From NCBI GenBank assembly GCA_053919585.1, contig CM132791.1: DNA of 64,000 bases; one strand, given 5' to 3'. This document shows positions 54,121 through 64,000 of this stretch, piece by piece. A program made the position numbers and the translations under genes. Numbering within the stretch: the first letter of the stretch is position 1; every line of letters begins with the position of its first letter. The notes under the pieces were generated by a model. The model saw nothing but the letters and a program-made list of their open reading frames with translations. It ran no database searches and was not told where the DNA came from. This stretch comes from Euprymna scolopes. Lineage: Eukaryota.

Positions 54121-55479
54121 TCCCCCATTGTAACACGCCCGATTTGAAGAAAATTCAACAAAGTGTAGGAGAATAATTCATACGTAGTTTAGCTTTACGA
54201 TGACTGTCCCCTTCTGCACTAATAAATACTGCTACAAAATGAAACTCGAATACGACAGTTAGTAAATACTTCTACTTTCTAATACAAGCAGAAAGTATTT
54301 GACTGGCTTTGATGCGATGAAACTGCAATAAAGTGTTAAATTTAAATGTATTTCATTAGCATATGCTATGAATATTTCGATACTTATTATTGTTTTCTAT
54401 CACGTAAAAATGTCTGGTATTCTTTAGCGAAATGGTTAATACTAATCACATTCTATTCATTGCAAGTTTCGAATTGCATATACACACCTAAATGTACATT
54501 TCTTCGTAGAACTGTAAAATGCTTGTTTTACCAAACCTACATAAGTGATCTTCGTAGTGATCTACTACAGAAAGCACGTAGTTGAATGCACCTTCAAATA
54601 ATCAATAAGAAAATAGCAATAATTCGATACAATCTCTCAAAGAAATCTAATGTCGTAATGTTGAATTTAATGCTACTAATGGCAAAATAATATTTGTAAA
54701 ACATTTTTGTAAGTGTATATATTTATTTTGTTAATATATATTTATTCTATTAAAAAGTTATATATTTATTCTATTAAAAAGTAGGTAAAAGTAGCCTATG
54801 CTTTCACTTCTCGTAGACGGCATATACATTGATTCCTTCGTTCTTATTTAATGGAATACCATATATTAAAGAACAGAATTAATAATAAATTCTACGTAAA
54901 AGTAATTTCTTCTGAGTATGAAATACAATTTCTACTGGAGAATCTTTGTAATTACTTATTCTCATGTTTTTGTTATATAATTAATATACTAGCGAAAATT
55001 AAAATTATAATATTATGGCAAAGTTAGTCGGTTTTATTAAACTTAGTATGAAAATATTATTACATATATAAACTACTCTAAATTCCATACGATTAGTAAA
55101 ACCTGCTTTTATAATTGAAAATAGTATGCCATATTTTATCATTTTTGTTAATTGAAATATTGGATTAAGTTTTATTATCTATGTTCTTTTCTTTCTGACA
55201 ATGACCGTTAGTTTAACAATGCAGATCTCCTGTAAAAAGATCAGCGGATGTTGATAGATTATTGAAATTAAATCAAAGACAGAGTTTGGGATTATACAAT
55301 AAGACAATTACTTCGTAGCAGCGATGGCTTAATTGGAAAAACACGTTACTAAATGAAAGACAACAGCATAATTGATGTTCTTTTCGGAATTGTGGACAAG
55401 GTTTAGTTCCGAATACAATAATTGTTAAATAACCACACCACCACTAGATTGAATCGTATGCTTACATGTATGATTCTGT

Positions 55480-55822
55480 TGGTGGGTTGGTTGTTTTTGT
55501 TTTACGGAATATAAACCCTGTTATTTAATGCCGAATCCAAAGATTTTGAAGAAAAAAAAAATTAATAGAATATATTTGTTGTTTTCACGTCGGTTTCTAT
55601 TTAACCCATAGTTGGAACCCTAACAGGTACTACCACTCTGAGTCATAGTGGACCTGGGAGCAATGGTAATTAAAGGGTAGCTCCACACTCCCCAAAGCCC
55701 ACAAGCTGGGGCCTCACCACTGGATATAGTTTAAGGTCATATCCAGGACTCCCATTGAGGGACTTTTACCCTCTGCAGGTGGGGGGGCAGCCGGCGTATT
55801 CTAATGCCCCACCGACAGGGCC
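55480..55822 (-). mobile_element. Full-length SINE-like family B element with 13-bp TSD
   Basis: TSD tgtatgattctgt at 55467-55479 and 55823-55835; (CAAC)-type tail; GC-rich structured head. Confidence 0.88.
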
Positions 55823-57399
55823 TGTATGATTCTGTACTTTGCATAATGTTGCGCATTATCTAGTAATAAAATATGATAAAGATAATCTGCAATGCTTTTA
55901 TCAGCCATTGTTAGATAGGGAAAATTAGTATTTTCGAAAGCACGAAAAAGCATTCCTTTACATTAGTTCGAATTATTATGACAGGTAATGTTGAATCTTA
56001 ATTACACAACATATTAAATAAAAAAAATTGAAAGATTTAAGAAGTGAAGCTTTCGTTTTTTTTTTGTTTTTGTTTAACTTAGAACATTGGAAATCTAGAA
56101 AGCGGGAGTACTATCACTAAAAGAATGTTTGTCCTTCAGAATTAATTTTTCATGTTGTCACAACCATTCGCAATGTACTTTTGTCAGCGATTGACGATAG
56201 CTGAGGGGTGCGTTGTGTCATATGGTAGCCGTTCTAAAAGTAAGGTTTCCCTTTTTTCATAGTGAAATGTTTGAGGACTTATGACGATGAGAGTGGTAAT
56301 GTAACAACGACTTACGTTTTGTCTTCCAGTATTTATTTTTATACGTAGACACTACAATGGGCAATATTTTTTACGAGAAAATCAATGACGTATCTCTGCT
56401 TCTGACACCCAACTCTTAGAGGGGTGTTTTTAGAGTATCACATCGTCTATATCTGCAAATTACAGATACACATTTAAAGTCACAAATGGATACGTTCAGC
56501 CATAATAGAAATAAAGTTTGCTGTCGCCTCTGTTCAATTCGGGCGAAAAAAAAGGAAGTACTACATTTGGAACCCCTTTCCCATATGCTAGTGTAGTTAG
56601 TAATTTTTTTTTACAAATACATAGTTCAGTAAAAAATGATAAGCACGTAAGCTAATTTTCATTCTCCTACGAGCATACCAGCAAACTTTTACGTCTCATA
56701 CATTTAAAAATGATAACGAATTTTTCATTTATTTTAATCCTAAATTCTCTATCATTAAATATTAAATTGTTTTATGATAACTTTGGCAAACTTTAATTAT
56801 AAAGGTAGCAATTTAACTCATTTTAAAATCCTTAATTTTAAATATCTTACTTTATTAATCATCGTATTTTAGAGAATGTTAGTTCCTTTCTGTTTAATTC
56901 TACAGTTTGCAATTGCAAATCAAGCAATTTAGTAATATGAACAATGGTCTTGGGGATTGTCCACATTTGCTTCAGGTAATACTTAGGAGTATGACTTAAT
57001 AATCGAAATGAAAATACAGCTTTTTTATCCAATAAAGAATGTAATCGGCTGCTAAGATGTGCCAATCCTCGGTATAGAAATTATAATTACTGCAGGTTGC
57101 GTAATGCGAACCTAGTCACCAATTTCAACCTTGGCTTTAAAGCTAAACAGTCTTCCACTCGGACAGCAAGAATTAACATTTAAATGGAAGTGAATATTAT
57201 TGCCCATAAATACATTTATCTGTAATTAACTCAGCTTGATAAATTATTAGGGTTCATAATATTAAAGTTAGGAAATATAGGGTTGTAACAGACATGTCAT
57301 TTAGGACTGCTAGCAATGTGGTACACAGATTACAAACAGAAGGCTCTACATTAGTTGATTTTAGCGTTCCACATGTTTTTTGGCACTCGAACCGCTATT

Positions 57400-57725
57400 A
57401 GAACAGCTAGAAACCACTGTGAAATTAGGATAGAAAACGAGAGACTTATATGCTCATTCCAAAGTAAAACAGAAGTTTTACTTTCATAAGATTTGGCGAA
57501 TAAAACAGGTTCTGTAACAGAGGAGTGTCCTTAATATTTAACACGATTAACTGGCCTGAGGTGATCGCATCAGCATCTAATAAATGTCAACTATTTGCTA
57601 AAACATTTGTTGCAAACTCAACAACGCGCCATCAGGACTACCTAGCTCCCGAAATTTCTTAAATAACCGGAAAAAAATTAGCGATATTCAGGTAGCTGTT
57701 TGTGATGTTGTAAACTTCATGAAGA
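57400..57725 (+). mobile_element. LINE family E fragment (between EN and RT)
   Basis: ARNHC..., IWRIKQV, GPEVIASASNKCQLFAKTFVANST. Confidence 0.65.
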
Positions 57726-58589
57726 TGTATTAGTTTAACGAACTAAAGTGTTAGAAAATAAATTACAATATCTGATCATAACTTTTATTTACAACATGAC
57801 AAATAGCACAGAGAACACCATGATATTAATTTAAAAAAAAAAAACTGATAGAATAACAATCGAGTTAGAATATGAATTAATAATATGAAAAATAAAATAA
57901 AGACAAACAATTGTAAGTAAATAATATATGCGATAAAGAAAAAAAAAACTATTTTCTAACTTTATTCGGCAAAGAATCCCAAACATTCCTGAGATAGTAG
58001 TGATTGAGATTAGTTGTTATTACTATATTACGAATAATCAAAAACTTTTAATTAAACAGACTAAATATTCTATGTTTTCAATGTTTGCTTAAATGATAAA
58101 TGCTGCATAAATACACACACAATATGTGATTGATGCAAGCATGAATTAAGCATATGTAATATAGTTTATATGTTTAAGTAAAAAAAAAAAAACTCCGAAC
58201 CGTTTCGGCCTCAACTCAACTGCATCAATAAATACTCAAATATATAAATATAAAATAAGAGTTTCATAGATTTTATACACAGAAATATGTATATTAGGCA
58301 CTAATTAAGTGTATCACGAACAGTCAATCTCCTTTTTACAGTGTGGCATTGTATATCATATTACACAAGGTGGTAATCAGTCAATTCGTTGGGTATATTA
58401 TTATTAAATCAAATAATTCGTTTCATTTCCAAGATTTATTTTTACTACCGTTCTTATTTTGCTTTCTTTTAGAAAACGTCTTATGAAATATACTTTAAAT
58501 AAAAATTTTTAAACAGCATTAATTATTACGGTTATATATTAGTCGAAATATAACTAAATTAATTAAAATGATATTTTACTGAGTAGAAT

Positions 58590-59443
58590 AATAACATCTT
58601 CGGCCTAGAACAGACGAGATATTTGGATTTTCCTTCGAGCGAAAATTTGTTTTCGTTTTTGTATAAGTCTATCTACGCGTTGGCTAGTCGTGTACACATC
58701 CCAAAAGCGGTAGGCTTATTCAACGAACGAGATCGGAGATGCGCTGCTGTACAACTCACGCTTTCTACCGATCAAAGTTATAAAAACAGGACCATTTCCA
58801 TCACCTTCAAAATACATCGTTGGATTGCCACGAATAGTAGGGACGTGCCCAGGGTGATGAACAAAAAATCTGGACACGGTTATTGTAATTAGCTTGTTTT
58901 CACGTGAGGGCAATATCATGCTACCTCGCAAGTCAGCTTTTAAATCAACACCAAAGTGTATCTGGATGTGCTGTAGAGTGTGGTAGTTTCCTGGTGCAAT
59001 CAGGTGGCCATTGACAAACCCGAGGTGTGACAGCAGACCTCAGCGACTACCTACACAACCAAAGAGACTCAGGCTTGGCTTCACAAGAAATGCTACGACT
59101 TTGTATTCGTCTTTCACTAGCACCCCTCCTTTCTCCATCTGACGCAGCTGGACTACTTCGTTGTGTTATATGTCTAGAACATCGCCAACATAAACAACAC
59201 CAAAGCCATCCTGATTGCCGCCATCCGCCGCGTTTGCGCAGAGCTCCCGCTAGCGCTTGTGGAAAAAGCGTGCTCCCAGTTCTGAGGCCGTATCGAGGCG
59301 ATAATTGAGGTCGAATTCGAGTACACTGATTAGATATCAGCTCGACAACATAATCAAGTTTACTGAATTAATTTTTCAATAAAAGTTGAAAAATAAATCT
59401 AGCGTTGCTTCCTTTGGCGCAACACCTTTATCGTTCCACCCTG
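58590..59443 (+). mobile_element. Decayed maT/DD37D-like element, copy 2, with right TIR
   Basis: HRWIATNSRDVPRVM, INTKVYLDVL, WCNQVA..V*QQ, TKETQAWL, LDYFV, AAIRRVCAELPLALVEKACSQF.GRIEAII; terminal gttccaccctg. Confidence 0.85.
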
Positions 59444-59600
59444 CCTCTGCCAAATGTATTAAATGTTGACTGCTTTTAACATACATGACGACTGTTTAAT
59501 AACGACCACTTCTATTCCACCGTTTAGATGCGCCTGAATTATTTCAATTATTAAACATCATGTGTTGATCAAGGATTTTTTTTGGAAAGAAACATAAATA

Positions 59601-60770
59601 CAGTGCATAGCAAACGTATTTGGTACATTGATTTTTTCGTATTTCTGAAGAAATATAAGTTTAATTTGAATGAAATTTACACTCAATCTTTGAACATATA
59701 TTATGTACTAAAAATAAAAAGAAAATTAAGATATACGTAGTTGGTAAATATGTATTAAAAAAATCAAATTACCCATATGTAAAATAATTTAACACACTGT
59801 GAAATTTCATTCTTAAGCTGCCATTTAATCTTGCTTTCATATTTTAACCAATTAGAAAGCACCCTTGGGTTTCAGCTGCTTACATGTCTCAGGCACTGCG
59901 CAGGTCGCCACTTTCAATAGTATTTCAAAATGGTTAAAATAAAGAAATTGACTGAAGATATTGTCCAGGAAATCAGGGCAGGGCATGAAGATGGAAACAA
60001 GTACAGAAAAATAGTTTGGGACCTAAATGTTATAGTGAGTACAGTTGGAGATATTGTGAAAAACAACAGGCGGTAATACGAAAAATCATCTAAGAAATAG
60101 TCGGCCACGTAAATTAAATTATGTTACTGCTTGTTACAGTACTACTCGTAACGTGAAGAAATAACAATTTCTGACTCGTTCAGAAATTCAGAATGATGTG
60201 CGGAAAACCCATATTGATGTAAGCAAGAGCACAATCAAGACATAATTGAATTGTACAGGCATGTGTTCTATATCCTTGTTTGAAATTTGTTTAAAATATT
60301 AATGCAAATCTTTTCAGAAATACGTGAGTACAAGTTTATGGAAGTAATAACAGCACAGATTTTAAACCATGTAATACCATTCCCACTGTAAATTTTGGAG
60401 CGGAATGTGATAATTTGAGGCTGCTTTTCTGTAAATGGAGTGAAATAGCAATCATTGAAGGAAAAATTAATGCAGCAAAATAAACGAATATTTTGTCACT
60501 ATGTCTGTTCAAGAATGACGCAGATTTAGGATTAGTCCTTGACATTATTTTCCAGCAAGACAAAGATCAAAAGCACAAGGCTTAAATAACTATAAAATGG
60601 TTTAAAGATAAAGGGCTTAGTGTTCTACAGTCACCTGGGCGATCACCCGACCTAAATCCTTATCGAAAATCTGTGAAAAACTTCGAAGTTAAAAGATGTC
60701 AAGCATATCAAGGAATTGAAGAAAGTTTGCGAAGAGAAATTGTTGAAACTACGAGCAAGTTTTGGTCTAT
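59601..60770 (+). mobile_element. Tc1-like transposon, 3'-truncated pseudogene
   Basis: ta-cagtgcatagcaaacgtatttggtacatt TIR; MVKIKKLTEDIVQEIRAGHEDGNKYRKI...STVGDIVKK, NTIPTVNFG, IIFQQDKDQKHK, SPDLNP. Confidence 0.88.
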
Positions 60771-60829
60771 AGAGACGTTGAATCTCTACGATTCTAAGTG
60801 AGCATTGGCTAAAAATAGCGGTTTCAATC

Positions 60830-61020
60830 TACCAAAAACCAGTTATACGCACAGTTGGCCGAAACGTGTTTATACGACAACAACTATGGAAGACATACCT
60901 TGCAGAGGATACATCATATGCCGTTTTAGGTACCACCTGACGAATGTCAGAGAAATAATTGGCCGAAACATCGTGAACCAACAACTAGAATATGGGGATA
61001 ATAATATGCAATAAATAAAC
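60830..61020 (+). mobile_element. Penelope-like terminal remnant with degenerate hammerhead core(s)
   Basis: ctgacga-a-tgtca...tggcc-gaaac at 60937-60969; second ggccgaaacg at 60857; aataaa downstream. Confidence 0.45.
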
Positions 61021-61209
61021 TGATACAAATTTACTCATCTGAAAACGAATTCCAATTAATTGAATACTATGTCTTCTCTTGTTCATAAAACCATTCCTTA
61101 GAGGGTTTTCCAATACCCACTCTAGGCTAAGCAAATTAGTCCTTCTATTTATATTAACTTTTTCTTTCGTCATTCATTGGGCACTGCCTGTTTTTTTTTT
61201 TATTTAGAC

Positions 61210-61950
61210 GAGAAAACATTGTCGGACTCATGACAACAGAATATCCTTTCTACTGTTTGTAATCCCAGGTTTTGTATCCCACACAGTTATCCACAGTTAA
61301 TCAGTCGAGAATCATATCTCCCTATATAGAAGCATATACGATATCAACGGATAACCATTGCAGAACCAAAACAATGAAAAGAATATGCTGTTTTCATAGA
61401 CTTGCACATGAACTTTTCCACTGAGTGTAGATTCTATTATGCTTCTATCAATGTTGCCTGGCTCTCCAGCCATCTATTTATCATAGTCAATCACAGGACT
61501 ATTTAGCTTTACAGCACAACTCGACGAAATCTAGTACCACTCTTCCTCTGACTATAGTTCAGCCATAGGTGCCATACCAATTACGTCCTTCAGGCATCCA
61601 TTAGCCAGCAATAGAATCCTATCGCTATATATCCTTCATAATCATTACTTTAAATAATCAAAACCGAAAACGTCTACTTACAATTCTCAAGTGGTCACCC
61701 CCGCACACATAATTACACAAGGTACCGGTCTTAATAGTGATTCGCTCGGAGTTACAAGCTTTTCGATTCCAAGCAAACTTGGCGCATACTCCCGAAAAAA
61801 ATGTCCCATCTTTTCTAAATATTACCTTATCCTTTGACAATGACGAAAACCATCTTTCCTTGTTCGCAGCAAGGTGTGTGATTTTATCCAATGTCCACGC
61901 TGGTGGCCCCCAGAATTCATATCTAGAATCATTGCCATTGCATAGATCTT
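61210..61950 (+). mobile_element. Decayed LINE RT fragment (Ingi/Vingi/Nimb-like)
   Basis: Plus remnants: PGFV, YAVFIDL, VLQASI (VPQGSIL-like), later RCVILS..ESLPL. Confidence 0.45.
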
Positions 61951-63005
61951 AGATTAACTTAATATGGTAATTTATTATTCACACTTATTTGTGTACCCAT
62001 ATAATTCACGTTTAGAATTACATTTTACTTAATATATTAATGATGCATTGGTTGCACTCTATTTTGTCCTTTTTCTCTTTCTTTGGTTGATTCACAACAT
62101 ATTGGCCTTCGTCAAGTTTAATCAGTCCACCTCTTACGTTATATAGTGGATCAGTTCTATTTGGTAAATAGCCATCCCAGGCTAATATTGAACAGAACAT
62201 ATTTGTTATTCATCGTTGACTTCACGTTAAACCTGGGCCACTTTGATGGGCCGATAAATAACGAAAACAATCTATTTAGCGCTTCGGTAATCATCTTCCA
62301 AATTGTAAATAATTTAACGCCAACGTAAACATTCATTTCGTATAAACTTTAAAACTTATAATATTATTACAACTTAAAAAATTAATTTACATCTCATACT
62401 TGGGGTTACTTTATTAATTGTAAGGAAAACTTCGAAAAAATGCAAATGGAATACATTTAAATTATATGTCGGGTTATATAACTACACGGATACACTAATT
62501 TGTAATTGCAGTACTTAACTGAATAAAACTTATACAAGTTTAGTCCAACACTAGTGCAACCAACGATTTTTAAATTCCGGGCTTGCCCATAGTCACACAT
62601 ACGCCCGTTTACTTTTACATACTCACCCAAACACAAAAGTACATTTGGTTTTATTAACAATTTTCAGAAACTATTACAAATATAAACAAAACAAAACAAG
62701 AGAACATTAAATTTTATTAAAACTATACTTAAAGCGTCCACTCAGTCCCCACATCGGAGCAATTTGTCGAACTCCTCAGAATAAATTGTGTATTACACAT
62801 AGAAATAATGTAACACTTTAACACTATTGCATTTGCATAAAATAAAATACTATTAAAAAAAAAACAAGTTACCATACAGTCAGCATTTTTTCTGTTCTTA
62901 AAGAAAATTTCGAAACTAAATCCAAAGAATTTGTTCCTTATTAAATTCTTTTCGTTGTTGTTGGTATGGTATAAGTATATGTATTTTCTTTTTCTCTATT
63001 TTCAG

Positions 63006-63069
63006 GACCATTTTTAATAGCGTTGAAACGAGCATATCTCAGTATCCAAAAACGAATACCTCTCTCCGT
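63006..63069 (+). other. Candidate plus-strand exon, 64 nt
   Basis: Long polypyrimidine acceptor ttttctttttctctattttcag and donor GTAAGG; two frames open. Confidence 0.25.
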
Positions 63070-63429
63070 GTAAGGACTAAAGTAAATATATGCACATGCT
63101 TGCAGTCTATATTGGTAGCACCCTCCTCTTAACTAGAGAGCAATGTCTTAAATCGGATTATCAGGCTGGTTTATCTTTTCGGCTAGCCTATATTATAAGC
63201 ATTATTATATAATGTTGCACATAGTGCAACATTAAATGATTTTATCGCTCTCCATCATGTCAGGTGTGTACTTTAATCGATCATGATTCTGACAGTATAA
63301 ATGCAGCATTTCTTTTAGACAATATGGGTTTGATGACTTTGATATATACCATATAAATTGGCGTAATTTCTCAGGTTGTACATAGGCAGTTACACGTTGT
63401 ACTTATAGCTGTTTATAGAATTCCCTCCC

Positions 63430-63990
63430 AGAAACAGTCATATTCCTGACCCACCTTATAGATTGTTAATACCAACAAGCTTTACTTCAAGATCTATTAC
63501 TCGAGAACTGTGTAACTCATGCCCAAAATCCAGTTCAAAACGCAGACAACCTAGAAGTATATATAGACGTCACATGTAAATCCCAACCCCAGAGTGAGAA
63601 GTCATTGCTCAAAACGACAAGGTACTATAAAAGAACTGATAAGGAAGCCGTCAGAAGATACATCCTCGGAGCGCTGTATATCATTATCTTTTCTCTTCCT
63701 GCTGAATGGTGTGCCAGTATGAATAAAGACTGGTGCAAACCGGATATTGGAGCACATGTTCCCACCCGCCCCAGTCACCCCGTTAGTTCATTACAGATTG
63801 TGCATCTGTCATTGCTCTAAGTCAGCATTCATTTTGCTAGTTCCTACACATATATTCAAAATACAAAAAAAGCCAACAACCTTTTGTGCTAGAAATTATT
63901 TCGATCCTGAAATAGCCAAAACCAAAAAAGGCATACTGAAATAACTAGGAAACGCATAGAATCGCATATGATAAAAACTCGTGATTTCTG
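63430..63990 (+). mobile_element. LINE family E fragment (end of EN and linker), running toward the window edge
   Basis: IPDHL, YYKRTDKEAVRRYI..IFSLPAEWCAS...GAHVPTR, FITDCASVIAL, ARNY. Confidence 0.7.
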
Positions 63991-64000
63991 GGAAAATAGA

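Noticed and set aside
54736-54782. Short tandem duplications (also 20511-20533, 14090-14131, 29812-29868)
   Set aside because: Ordinary slippage duplications with no further structure
56178-56300. Two adjacent plus-strand exon candidates
   Set aside because: Intervening intron would be only ~22 nt
59027-59308. 93-aa ORF
   Set aside because: Off-frame reading of the decayed maT transposase

Overview
AT-rich eukaryotic (animal, probably invertebrate) genomic DNA from a gapped draft assembly with 11 N-runs. No intact protein-coding gene, rRNA, bona fide tRNA or CRISPR array is supportable. Most listed ORFs are artefacts of (TA)n/(TG)n microsatellites or N-runs. The window is intronic or intergenic and packed with decayed mobile elements. 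DNA transposons: two Tc1 (one with long IR/DR-type TIRs), two mariner, two maT/DD37D-like copies that share one internal deletion, a long-arm foldback element with TTAA/AGG (Kolobok-type) ends and piggyBac-like ends. Also present are three copies of a non-autonomous Helitron, five fragments of one CR1/L2-group LINE family, RTE and other LINE remnants, two short retroposon families, and Penelope-like remnants with degenerate hammerhead cores. Scattered splice-bounded segments hint at a long, probably minus-strand host gene that I cannot assemble. Best leads: the foldback element whose missing arm predicts an assembly gap, an RTE-5'UTR-like retroposon with a conserved ribozyme-like pseudoknot candidate, hammerhead remnants, a Pol III-like cassette inside a Helitron, and two unexplained islands (16.0-17.2 kb and 21.2-21.5 kb). 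All family assignments come from by-eye translation and motif recognition, not database searches.
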